Positions 39,819 to 49,469 of a stretch of 64,000 nt of DNA are shown here, piece by piece. Each line of letters opens with the position of its first letter. Within the stretch, counting starts at the first letter, position 1. The stretch covers positions 448,001 through 512,000 of the forward strand of contig OY763927.2 in assembly GCA_963667665.2 (NCBI GenBank), written 5' to 3'. The stretch comes from Nitrosopumilus sp. Its GTDB lineage: Archaea; Thermoproteota; Nitrososphaeria; Nitrososphaerales; Nitrosopumilaceae. A program made the position numbers and the translations under genes. Below the pieces are notes generated by a model. That model saw nothing but the letters and a program-made list of their open reading frames with translations. It ran no database searches and was not told where the DNA came from.

Positions 39819-41164
39819 TTTGTTGCCTCCTTTAATGCTTGAAGCATTGCACCTGCTTTGTGTTCTGTTTCTTTGAATTCATATTCTGCAATAGAATCCG
39901 AAACAATTCCTGCTCCAGATTGCACAAATCCCTTATTTCCATCAATGAAGATGCTTCTAATTGCTATTGCAAAATCACAGCATCCATTGTATGAGAAATA
40001 TCCAACAGCTCCTGCATATGGTCCTCTTGCTTCTGTTTCTAATTCATCAATGACTTGCATAGCTCGGACTTTGGGTGCTCCTGATACTGTACCTGCTGGA
40101 AATACAGCTTTGAAGGCATCAAACATGTCGTTTTCAGGCGCCAAATTACCTACAACATGTGTAACTATATGCTGAACATGACTAAATCGTTTTATTTGCA
40201 TTAGTGATTCTGGATGAACTGTTCCATACTTACATACTCGACCGATATCATTTCGCCCTAAATCCACCAGCATTGTGTGCTCTGCTAACTCTTTTTCATC
40301 ATGGAGTAATTCATCAGCTAACTGTTTGTTTCTTTCCTCATTGTCAGTAACTTTTCTAGTTCCCGCAATTGGAAAAGTTTCTACTTTGTCATCTGTAATT
40401 CTAACTAACATTTCAGGTGATGCCCCGATGATTGTTTTAGAGCCTTGTTTTAAATGATACATGTAGGGTGATGGATTTAGCTTGCGTAATGTTTTGTATA
40501 ATGTTAGATTGTCTCCATTATTCTCAAATGCAAATTTTCTAGATAAAACAACCTGAAATATATCCCCATCATGGATTAATTTTTTTGCCTTGTTTACAAT
40601 TCCTGAGAATTTTTCTTCATCCATGTTTGGTATTACTTCTGATGAATGAAAATCCCCAAATGTATCATTTCCCATCTTTAGATTATCAAATCTATTTTCA
40701 TCATGATAAAAGTAGAATAATTTCTTATGTAAATTATCATATAGAATCCCATCATCATAAATTCCAAACTCCATTAACGGTTGTGGTGAATTATGAGTAT
40801 CTGCAATATCTTCAACTAGTCTGATTGCATCATAATTGACAACACCTACTGCTCCCCCAAGATATCGATAACTTTGATCAGTTGATCTTCCCAAGAGTTT
40901 TTTTAGTTCTCCAAATGGGTTTGTGGTTTGTATGGTTTCTATTTTTCCATCTTGAATAATTTCTACTTTGTCAGAATACCCTTTAAGAATTATCTTTGGA
41001 TCAAATCCCATAACTGATGTTTCAGCTAGAACTTCAGGACCAGTTAATGATTCAAAGAGAAATGAATGTGAATAGTTTCTTGAAATTTTATTATAAATTT
41101 GAAATTGGTTTTCAGATAAATCTAGGGGTATTACTTTTGCTTGAGAGTCTCCAAATGTGTTCAC
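39815..41164 (-). CDS. trpE: Anthranilate synthase component I
   Basis: GDIFQVVLS, NPSPYM, PIAGT, AEHTMLVDLGRND and PAGTVSGAPK motifs. Confidence 0.97.
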   Translation of the reverse strand: MNTFGDSQAKVIPLDLSENQFQIYNKISRNYSHSFLFESLTGPEVLAETSVMGFDPKIILKGYSDKVEIIQDGKIETIQTTNPFGELKKLLGRSTDQSYRYLGGAVGVVNYDAIRLVEDIADTHNSPQPLMEFGIYDDGILYDNLHKKLFYFYHDENRFDNLKMGNDTFGDFHSSEVIPNMDEEKFSGIVNKAKKLIHDGDIFQVVLSRKFAFENNGDNLTLYKTLRKLNPSPYMYHLKQGSKTIIGASPEMLVRITDDKVETFPIAGTRKVTDNEERNKQLADELLHDEKELAEHTMLVDLGRNDIGRVCKYGTVHPESLMQIKRFSHVQHIVTHVVGNLAPENDMFDAFKAVFPAGTVSGAPKVRAMQVIDELETEARGPYAGAVGYFSYNGCCDFAIAIRSIFIDGNKGFVQSGAGIVSDSIAEYEFKETEHKAGAMLQALKEATK

Positions 41165-41315
41165 CCATAGACAAAATTTTAGTGGTTTATTATTTAAATT
41201 GAATAGTAGGTTTCACTGGCACTGTTTTTGTCTAAAATGATTGATTTTGTAGGCATGGAAAAGTTACGGTATAGTACGGTACCTTTATAGCATAGTTGAT
41301 CATACTATAATTACC

Positions 41316-41507
41316 ATGCAGGGGGCAAATCAGGCAATTATTCAAGATACGCAGATTCTCAGAAAATCACAGAATGTAATATCATCAGTTAGTAAGTTAG
41401 AATGCTATGTTTGTGGAAAAGGACTAGAAGATGGTCATAGTATTACTGCCAAGACATTACCTCATGGAATAGTATTGTTTTGCGATGTTCATTATTCATT
41501 ACAATAA
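41316..41507 (+). CDS. Small Cys/His-finger protein
   Basis: CYVC...CDVH; TTTATA box ~30 nt upstream. Confidence 0.65.
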   Translation: MQGANQAIIQDTQILRKSQNVISSVSKLECYVCGKGLEDGHSITAKTLPHGIVLFCDVHYSLQ

Positions 41508-41737
41508 TTGACCAAAATGGACTAGAAAATATCAGAAGAATTCCACTCTTCTTATGTTTCAAGTTCACTTAGTTAATGTACGAAAGTACTAATTCGTGTG
41601 TGTACTCTCGTTGTGGCTGGGTTTGTTTCAACGAGGTTTTTTATCCTTCAACAAATGTAACATTTAGGCTTAAAAAAATGGTAATTACACAAAATTACAC
41701 ACAGGCATTCTAGTATGATATATTTGAAAATAATCTA

Positions 41738-42649
41738 TTGGAAGATATACATCTTGACGAATGTGTGCGCTGTGGAGCGGGACTTTTAGCTGTTAGTGAT
41801 ATTTGTCCACAATGTGGGTTTCTAAAAAGTAAAGGCAATGAGCTTATTGAAGCACGAGAAAAGGCAGCAAATGACATTGAGCTTGATGAATCTGAAGAAA
41901 AACCAAATAATGTTGTAATTGAAAACTATGAAGAATTTGTTGAAAAGGTAGCAAATGAAATCAGTAATCCAACGCCAAAAAAACCAACTGTAATTAAAAA
42001 TAAAATATATCGTCCAACTGGAGTGAGACTATTTGGTATTTTTCACATGCTTTTAGGAATTTCTATGGCAACTTTTGGAATAATTTTTGGTTCAGCAGTA
42101 ATTTTTCTTGTGATGTCAAGTGGAATGGGCAGCTTAGGTGATATTGGTGGTGGTATGGGAAACATGATGATGTTGCCAGGAATGGGCGGTATAGATGCAT
42201 CAACAATGTCCTCCATTGATACTATTATTGGATTAAATGCAATTGCAGGTTCACCTAGTGCAAGCGACATTGAAGTAAGGATGAACTCTTCAGGTATATT
42301 GGATATAGATTTAATGATGGAAATAATTACTGAAACATCTGTTATTGCACTAATTGAGATCTCTTTGGGTGTATTTGTTTTTGTAGTTGGAATAGGTTTG
42401 TTTAAAGGTAAAAAATGGGCCAGACCTGTAACTATTGTGTATTCAATTTTTTCTATTCCACTTGTTGTGTTGCTTGTTGAAAATATTAATAATCTGATTC
42501 TTCTTGGGATGGCTGCTTTTGATGGTATACTTCTCTATTACATGTTCAAATCAAAAGTTAAAGAATACTTTAATCAACCTTCAATGAAAAAACCCAATAA
42601 AAAATCCAAGATTAACAATTCTCGAACTGTTAAAAAATCTCAGAAATAA
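41738..42649 (+). CDS. Membrane protein with N-terminal zinc ribbon
   Basis: CVRC..CPQC, RPTGV, about 4 TM helices, GLFKGKKWAR and VKEYF; Gly/Met-rich loop. Confidence 0.8.
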   Translation: MEDIHLDECVRCGAGLLAVSDICPQCGFLKSKGNELIEAREKAANDIELDESEEKPNNVVIENYEEFVEKVANEISNPTPKKPTVIKNKIYRPTGVRLFGIFHMLLGISMATFGIIFGSAVIFLVMSSGMGSLGDIGGGMGNMMMLPGMGGIDASTMSSIDTIIGLNAIAGSPSASDIEVRMNSSGILDIDLMMEIITETSVIALIEISLGVFVFVVGIGLFKGKKWARPVTIVYSIFSIPLVVLLVENINNLILLGMAAFDGILLYYMFKSKVKEYFNQPSMKKPNKKSKINNSRTVKKSQK

Positions 42650-42686
42650 CAATGCTTAATTGCTTGATTTTAATCTAAATATCTTA

Positions 42687-43874
42687 ATGACAAAATCAAT
42701 ACCGATCACAGCCCTTATAGCAATTATGACAATAAGCATAACACTCTTCTTTGTAGGAACAAGTACATCTGCAGAAATTACTCATGAAGCAAAAGTAGTT
42801 TCTGGTACTATGGAATCTATGGTAGATCCTGGCGTTGGACATGAATCACATCAGCTGGCAATATTATTGCCACCAAGTGAGAATGTTTACTCTGGTACAC
42901 TAACGTATTCTGCATCTGAACCAATTCAACTAGTTGCACTACATGGTCCTCTAGCTGAAGGTGAAGACAATGGTCAACCAATCTGGACACCAGATGGTGA
43001 AACAAAGTTTGCATTGACATTTGTAGATAATGAAGCATCTATGGGAACATGGAAGTTTTCAGGTAATGCACTTGCAGTTCATACAATGAATACTGATCCA
43101 TTTACTGTCAGTTATTCAGTTACTGCAATGCAAAAAGAAGCATCTGAAACTGTCATGTCTGGTACTATGGAATCTATGGTAGATCCTGGCGTTGGACATG
43201 AATCACATCAGCTGGCAATATTATTGCCACCAAGTGAGAATGTTTACTCTGGTACACTAACGTATTCTGCATCTGAACCAATTCAACTAGTTGCACTACA
43301 TGGTCCTCTAGCTGAAGGTGAAGACAATGGTCAACCAATCTGGACACCAGATGGTGAAACAAAGTTTGCATTGACATTTGTAGATAATGAAGCATCTATG
43401 GGAACATGGAAGTTTTCAGGTAATGCACTTGCAGTTCATACAATGAATACTGATCCATTTACTGTCAGTTATTCTGTTACTGCATCTGCAACTGGTGGAG
43501 ACATCATATACCTTGAAGAAGAAGTTATGATGTATGATGATTCTACAGTAGGTGAAACTATGGATGATGATTCTACAGTAGGTGAAACTATGGATGATGA
43601 TTCTACAGTAGGTGAAACTATGGATGATGATTCTACAGTAGGTGAAACTATGGATGATGATTCTACAGTAGGTGAAACTATGGATGATGATTCTATGATG
43701 GATGAAACAGTGATGAGACCTCTACAACAGATGAAATCTGGAGTTGATCCTCAAGATGTTGTATGTAAAGAAGGACTTGTTCTTATGTTGAGGACTTCTG
43801 ATGGCTCAGCAACTTGTGTTACAGAATCAAGTTCAACTAGATTGCTTGATATGGGTTGGGGAAGTTTAGGTTAG
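42687..43874 (+). CDS. Secreted protein with tandem-duplicated His-containing domain, acidic repeat linker and Cys-pair C-terminal domain
   Basis: Signal peptide; two copies of the DPGVGHESHQLAILLPP domain; (MDDDSTVGET)n; PLQQMKSG..CKEGLVL..C..GWG tail. Confidence 0.85.
   Translation: MTKSIPITALIAIMTISITLFFVGTSTSAEITHEAKVVSGTMESMVDPGVGHESHQLAILLPPSENVYSGTLTYSASEPIQLVALHGPLAEGEDNGQPIWTPDGETKFALTFVDNEASMGTWKFSGNALAVHTMNTDPFTVSYSVTAMQKEASETVMSGTMESMVDPGVGHESHQLAILLPPSENVYSGTLTYSASEPIQLVALHGPLAEGEDNGQPIWTPDGETKFALTFVDNEASMGTWKFSGNALAVHTMNTDPFTVSYSVTASATGGDIIYLEEEVMMYDDSTVGETMDDDSTVGETMDDDSTVGETMDDDSTVGETMDDDSTVGETMDDDSMMDETVMRPLQQMKSGVDPQDVVCKEGLVLMLRTSDGSATCVTESSSTRLLDMGWGSLG
42801..43484 (+). 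repeat. Near-perfect 327-bp direct repeat, period 357 bp
   Basis: 42801-43127 vs 43158-43484; one mismatch seen by eye (43118/43475). The two antisense ORFs in the track are identical. Confidence 0.9.
43531..43695 (+). repeat. 30-bp coding tandem repeat, about 5.5 copies
   Basis: Unit TGGATGATGATTCTACAGTAGGTGAAACTA. Confidence 0.95.
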
Positions 43875-43982
43875 TAATCTAAACACAAAACCATTTTTTT
43901 CTTTTTTAATTTTTATAACTAGATTTTAAACACAAACAACTTGATAGTGAACTTTAAAGATCATTAATACTGAAAAAATTAC

Positions 43983-44201
43983 ATGGTAGATCATATTCAT
44001 ACTTGGAGAAAAAAACTGAGACTGCAAGAACTTATGGATATTGCAAATCAAGAATTAGAATCAGGCAAAGAAATTACTGTAATTAATGAAATATTAGATA
44101 AACAAATGCAAAAACGATGGAACTTGGTTAGTACAACTAGAAAACAATACCTTGCTGATATCAAGAAAATATTGGCAAATCAATATGTTTTAGTGATTTA
44201 A
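43983..44201 (+). CDS. Hypothetical protein
   Basis: 72-aa ORF, TTTAAA box ~25 nt upstream. Confidence 0.65.
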   Translation: MVDHIHTWRKKLRLQELMDIANQELESGKEITVINEILDKQMQKRWNLVSTTRKQYLADIKKILANQYVLVI

Positions 44202-44656
44202 AATTCTAAATTTCTCTCATACAATAAAATTCAAAAGATTGAAGTTTTTGGGTTGTCCTTTACTCTGTCTTGCCGTATGCATCGACATGTAAAACGACAA
44301 TAGGATATTATGGAATCTTCAATCTTCATTAATAATATGTCATATTCAATGATAAACTAGATCAACAAAATTATGTATATTTATACATATATAACATAAA
44401 TTATAAACAAATATTTGGATTATTTGATATATGCTTAAATTTCATTTCTACCTATTTGGTATAACGAGGATCTATCAAACTGTTAAGAAAATCCATCAGA
44501 ATTTGAAGGTTAGATCATGTTCTTCAAATATGGATTCTAATGGAAAACTTTGAAGATGCAGAAAGATAGGAAAAAAGGAAAACACGGAAAAAGATGGAAG
44601 CATCTAAAATTCAAAGTGTTTTCCAATTAATCCTCGTTTCCTAATTCGTTATTTTT

Positions 44657-44872
44657 TTACAAATTTGCAACGAATTGATAAATTACTGCAGAACCTATTA
44701 TCACACCAATTATAGCTCCAATAATTATCACAATCTTTTTGAGTTTCTCTTTTTTTTCAAATTCAATATTGGCTTTACGTTTTGTTTCTGTGTGATGTTT
44801 TTCACAACGAAATTTACCTTCATACTCCTGAAATCCTTTTTCATCACATTCATCACATTTTCTCTCATTCAT
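44657..44872 (-). CDS. Small Cys/His-finger protein with C-terminal TM helix
   Basis: CDEC..CEKH then IVIIIGAIIGVIIGSAVIY. Confidence 0.7.
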   Translation of the reverse strand: MNERKCDECDEKGFQEYEGKFRCEKHHTETKRKANIEFEKKEKLKKIVIIIGAIIGVIIGSAVIYQFVANL

Positions 44873-44951
44873 GATTATTTCTGAGTTTGATTCACATTAA
44901 TACATCTCGGATTTTGATATTTGATTAAATTATACTAGTATATTGGAGATT

Positions 44952-45617
44952 TTACTCTATTATTTCATAAAATTGATTTAGACGTTGAGTGAGTAGTTCT
45001 TTATAATCATCAGTTTTTTTAATAAACTCCATTCTTGTGTTTTTCTCACTACTTACTAGAATCACAACTTGTTTTATCTCAATTCCTGTTAGTTCTTTGA
45101 ACATTTCAGAATATGCCGTACCTTGAATAAAATGATCAGTCATCCATTCTTCTTGCTGATTACTTCTCTTTGTTTTGTAGTCTATTATTGATAATTCTCC
45201 ATCGTATTTGCCAATACAATCAGACATTCCAGCCAGTTTCATTTTATCACTGTATAGTCTTAATTCAATTCCATGAATATCATTGATTTTCTGCAAATAT
45301 GGAATTAGATTATTAAAATGGGCAACTGACAATAGTCTAACCTCGTCTGTTTGAGGAACCTCATTTAGGTGGTTTTCAATTAATTTGTGCGTTTGTGTGC
45401 CTATAATTGAGGATTCTTCTGTGATATATTGAGTAGCAACCTCTTGTTCTTTCCAATTTTGTAAGCTTTGCTGTTTTTCTGCAGGCATAGTTTTGTGTAA
45501 AATAGTAGTAATTGACGGATAGATTTCACCATTTGGAGTTTGATAATAATGTGAATCATCTTTTTCAATTAATTCTGCTTGCTGAAAACTAATTGGAATA
45601 TGCTTGAAGAAAGACAT
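44952..45617 (-). CDS. PD-(D/E)XK exonuclease (phage exonuclease/MGME1-like)
   Basis: YPSITTIL, GTQTH, IE..LYS, AG.SDC, IIDYKT and QGTAY motifs; no Fe-S cysteines. Confidence 0.85.
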   Translation of the reverse strand: MSFFKHIPISFQQAELIEKDDSHYYQTPNGEIYPSITTILHKTMPAEKQQSLQNWKEQEVATQYITEESSIIGTQTHKLIENHLNEVPQTDEVRLLSVAHFNNLIPYLQKINDIHGIELRLYSDKMKLAGMSDCIGKYDGELSIIDYKTKRSNQQEEWMTDHFIQGTAYSEMFKELTGIEIKQVVILVSSEKNTRMEFIKKTDDYKELLTQRLNQFYEIIE

Positions 45618-45727
45618 CTTGTATGTTTGTTATTTTATTGTAATTTTAAACTCTTTTAATTTGTTTAAAGTTAGTTTTTTCTAAAAAACTAAGTTACGTT
45701 TAATACATGAAATTTAGTATATTGAAT

Positions 45728-45878
45728 ATGGGGATATCATTTGTTTTAGTTAATTGCGATATGGGATTTGAAATTGAGACAATTGCAAAAACAACAACAA
45801 ACCCTTCAAACAATGTCAAATGTATCTAAAGCGCTTCATGACACTGCAAAGGCAATAATCTCACACATGAGAGCATAA
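45728..45878 (+). pseudogene. Chimeric remnant: Lrp/AsnC ligand-binding-domain 5' end joined to the 3' end of another gene
   Basis: MGISFVLVNCDMGFEIETIAK joined out of frame at TTGCAAAA to LQKQQQTLQTMSNVSKALHDTAKAIISHMRA*; followed by a T-tract. Confidence 0.65.
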
Positions 45879-45954
45879 GCCACAATCTTTTTCTTTTTTA
45901 TTTTCTAAACTTTTTTCCAATACGCTTAAAGTTCATTTTTTTCTAAAAGCATAC

Positions 45955-46158
45955 ATGGATAATCCCACTGAAATTAACTCTGTATTTTGGAATGAATCTA
46001 AAAAATCATGGGATCATAAAATGATTAAAGTTGATGAATATCATGGATTTGAAGAATGTCAGCAATGTAGAAGACCAATGTCCCATAATATCAAAACAGA
46101 TGGTGAATTCAAAATAGTTTATGTAGAATGTGGATGTTCAAGGCGAAAAACTGCCTAG
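45955..46158 (+). CDS. Small Cys-rich protein
   Basis: CQQC...CGC. Confidence 0.7.
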   Translation: MDNPTEINSVFWNESKKSWDHKMIKVDEYHGFEECQQCRRPMSHNIKTDGEFKIVYVECGCSRRKTA

Positions 46159-46581
46159 TTCTGCATAGTTAATCGTGCTTCATAATTCGGCAAACTCATC
46201 ATAACTAAGAGGAATCAGAGAGAACACCTTGATATAATCATCAGCATATCTGTTGAAATTCTCAAATTATAAAACGCTTTGAAAAAAATAAAATCAAGCA
46301 TAATTTGATCGCAGTTTCTTTAGGCGTAAATTACAAAAATTTCTTTAAGTAAAGTGTGATTATTTTTCATTCTGATTTTTTATCTCATACACAATTCTAG
46401 TCCATTTATTGAGTCAGGAATATCTCGCGGTGTTAGCTGGAAGAGCCCAAATGCTCACATAAACTAGTTAATGCATAACAGAGTCTCCAAAATAAGGAGA
46501 CTGACTTTTTTTTCAAATCAAAAAATACTGGATTGATCTTTGTTCTAGGTTTATTTGTCTCCTATGAAGTAATCCCAATCA

Positions 46582-47709
46582 GTGAATGTAAAAATTATCA
46601 TAATTACGTTGGTTGTTGTAATGTTTGTAGCATTTGTGTCTCCTACTTTTGCACAACAATTCAAAGAACCAATTTATGAAATACGTGGAGGATCCATTTT
46701 AGGCTTTGAGATAGATCCTGAATCGACATCGCTAATTATTACACTTGATGCTAGAGCACGTGGAGAATTAATCATAACTTTACCTAGAAATTTAATTGAT
46801 GCTAAAACTGGTTCTGTAGATAGTAATTTTGAGATATTTGTTAGTGGCTTGAAACTAAACTCCTATGATGAAATTTCTACATCTTATGATAGAACAGTTA
46901 CAATTCCATTCAAAAGAGCAAACTCTGAATTAATTATAACTGGAACAAAGATTTTCAATCAAGTATCTGCTCAACCAATTACAAAACCACAACAAATAGA
47001 AAAAATAATAGAAGCAGAACTAGCAAAAGAAATACCTGAAGATAAAGCAAAACTCTTGATATTTTCTGATACTCAATGGTCTGGTGCAATGGAATCGTCA
47101 AGTTTTGAGTATGCCGAAATTAGTGGACAAGGTGACAAGAGTGTCATTTTTGCATGTGAATCATCTTTCGGAAGACAAGGCGTTTTTGGTGCAAAAATTG
47201 AAAAACTAACAAATGATGGGTACTTGAGACTTGTTGCAATACAGCATCAAAAAATATTATCTCAGGGTACAACTGTAGCAGAATTTGGTGATGTACTAAT
47301 CAATGGTGATTGTTTTTCAAGTTTTAGTGCTGCACCTGGTGGCGGATGTCTAATTGCAACTGCAACATATGGGACAGAGCTAGCTCCACAAGTACAGCAA
47401 CTTCGAGAACTCAGAGATAATAAATTACTTCAAACAGAATTAGGAACATCATTTATTGAATCATTTAACGAATTTTATTATTCATTTTCACCAATTATAG
47501 CAGACTATGAACGTGAAAATTTTATTTTCAAAGATATGGTTAGATTAGCCATTACTCCGATGGTCTCATCTCTATCCATTCTAAACTATATTGATATGAA
47601 TTCAGAATTTGAAGTGTTAGGTTATGGCATTTCATTGATTCTACTAAATATTGGAATGTATGTTGGAATTCCTGCTATTATGATTGTTGGAATTAAACGA
47701 AAATTCTAA
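46582..47709 (+). CDS. Secreted protein with C-terminal CFI-box-CTERM sorting domain
   Basis: Signal peptide; GELIITLPRNLIDAK domain; GGCLIATATYGTELAPQVQQLRELRD..FYYSFSP..TM..KRKF. Confidence 0.88.
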   Translation: MNVKIIIITLVVVMFVAFVSPTFAQQFKEPIYEIRGGSILGFEIDPESTSLIITLDARARGELIITLPRNLIDAKTGSVDSNFEIFVSGLKLNSYDEISTSYDRTVTIPFKRANSELIITGTKIFNQVSAQPITKPQQIEKIIEAELAKEIPEDKAKLLIFSDTQWSGAMESSSFEYAEISGQGDKSVIFACESSFGRQGVFGAKIEKLTNDGYLRLVAIQHQKILSQGTTVAEFGDVLINGDCFSSFSAAPGGGCLIATATYGTELAPQVQQLRELRDNKLLQTELGTSFIESFNEFYYSFSPIIADYERENFIFKDMVRLAITPMVSSLSILNYIDMNSEFEVLGYGISLILLNIGMYVGIPAIMIVGIKRKF

Positions 47710-47752
47710 ACTCTATTAATAGACTAAAGTTCATTATTTAGAATGATGAGAA

Positions 47753-48073
47753 ATGGGTAAATCATTAGGAGAATATGTAATTGAAAGATCTTCTTCATCT
47801 AATATTGAGAATATCAAATGGACCCAAAAAAATCCTAAAGATACTACAAAATCAAAAAAGAAAAAATCAAATAAAAAATACAAAAACTCTTCTGCATCAA
47901 ACATCATTTACACTAAAAATACCAAAAAAGCCTCACCATATGCTGCAAAAGCTCTCAAAATTGAAGTTGTAGATACTGAGAAATCAAAAAAGAAAAAATC
48001 AGATAAAAGACACCAAAACTCTTCTGCATCAAAGTGTAAAATTAAACCAGAATTCAAAAGACCTGCAAGATAG
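47753..48073 (+). CDS. Lys/Ser-rich basic protein with internal repeat
   Basis: KSKKKKSNKKYKNSSAS and KSKKKKSDKRHQNSSAS repeats. Confidence 0.55.
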   Translation: MGKSLGEYVIERSSSSNIENIKWTQKNPKDTTKSKKKKSNKKYKNSSASNIIYTKNTKKASPYAAKALKIEVVDTEKSKKKKSDKRHQNSSASKCKIKPEFKRPAR

Positions 48074-48132
48074 GTGTGAATACTCTGGATACCATAGTAT
48101 AATTATCCCTAATACATGACAAATATTGTAAT

Positions 48133-48993
48133 TTGTCAAGATACGAAACCCCAAAAATCAATGTGAATATGGGCGCAGCCAAAGGAATTATGATTGGCAT
48201 TGTTGTATTAATTATAATTGGAGTAATGACTGCTTCTGCAGTACAAATTGTAGATGCAGGACACAGAGGTGTTTTACTTCATTGGAATGCAGTTGATCTT
48301 TCAGTTCAACCATTATCAGAAGGACTACACTTTGTAATGCCATTTGCAGACTCTGTAGTCCAAATGGAAATTAGAACATTGAAATTTGTAAAAGCAACAT
48401 CAGCTGCATCAAAAGACCTTCAGACAGTATCTACTGAAATTACAGTAAACTATCATCCAGCAGCAAACTCTGTTAACACTTTATATCAATCAGTAGGATT
48501 AGACTATGAAAATAGAATAATTACCCCCACTGTAGAGGAAGTTGTAAAACAAGTCACTGCAAACTATAACGCAGAAGAATTAATCACAAAAAGACCTCAA
48601 GTAAAGTCTGACATTGAAGCAGATATCAGTTCTCGTCTTAATGAATTCGATATAGTTACAGAAATTGTATCAATTACTGACTTTCAGTTCTCAGCATTAT
48701 TTGCTTCAGCCATTGAATCTAAAGTAGAAGCAGAGCAAAAGGCATTCAAAGCAGAAAATGATCTTAAAAGAATTGAGGTAGAGGCAAGACAACATGCAGC
48801 ACAAGCAGAAGGTATTGCACAAGCAAACATTGCACAAGCAAACGGTGAAGCCCAAGCTATTCAAATTATCAATCAAGCCCTATCAACTAATCCACAATAT
48901 CTGGAATGGCTAAAAACCCAACAATGGGATGGAAAATTACCCCTAGTAGTTGGTGAAGGTGGAACACCATTTATCGCAATACCAACTCAGTAA
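48133..48993 (+). CDS. Prohibitin/SPFH (band 7) protein
   Basis: VDAGHRGV, EGLHF, SKDLQTV, YNAEELIT and AIESKVEAEQ motifs. Confidence 0.93.
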   Translation: MSRYETPKINVNMGAAKGIMIGIVVLIIIGVMTASAVQIVDAGHRGVLLHWNAVDLSVQPLSEGLHFVMPFADSVVQMEIRTLKFVKATSAASKDLQTVSTEITVNYHPAANSVNTLYQSVGLDYENRIITPTVEEVVKQVTANYNAEELITKRPQVKSDIEADISSRLNEFDIVTEIVSITDFQFSALFASAIESKVEAEQKAFKAENDLKRIEVEARQHAAQAEGIAQANIAQANGEAQAIQIINQALSTNPQYLEWLKTQQWDGKLPLVVGEGGTPFIAIPTQ

Positions 48994-49011
48994 TTTAATT
49001 AAAATTTTAAA

Positions 49012-49317
49012 CTAATTCTTTTTCTCAGTATCTGTTCCGTCTCTCATAGAATCATACATTGAAAGAAATTGATCCGGTTCACGTTGTCTGTAACGTTTTT
49101 GGAGAAATAAGATTTCTTTTTCTGAAATTTCTTTTCCTTTGAAAGCATGATATTCTTTTATGATTTGATATTGAGTTTTTTTAATATTGAATTCTCTAAG
49201 AGTGGCATTAACTGATCTATTGCACAAAAAATCATTAAGTAGAAAACGATATACCAAATAGCCCGAGATTCCTAAAATAGAAACTAATGCTATGGGTATA
49301 ATGTAACCAATTACCAT
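49012..49317 (-). CDS. Membrane-anchored hypothetical protein
   Basis: N-terminal TM helix. Confidence 0.7.
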   Translation of the reverse strand: MVIGYIIPIALVSILGISGYLVYRFLLNDFLCNRSVNATLREFNIKKTQYQIIKEYHAFKGKEISEKEILFLQKRYRQREPDQFLSMYDSMRDGTDTEKKN

Positions 49318-49469
49318 ATTTTTTTACTGATTTACTTGGTATTTCATTGTATTTATTTTCAATAATTTGAGGCTAGAATTATTTTTTTAATTAATTAAAA
49401 ATTAGATAAAGCTAATTAGTTTATGCTAATTTTCATACAGTTTAAATCAATTATTCACAAAATTTCTAC

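Noticed and set aside
43531-43695. 30-bp repeats as a CRISPR array
   Set aside because: Head-to-tail with no spacers, in frame within a CDS, and no cas genes.
44952-45617. Cas4 / CRISPR adaptation gene
   Set aside because: Lacks the four Fe-S cysteines; no cas1 or array nearby.
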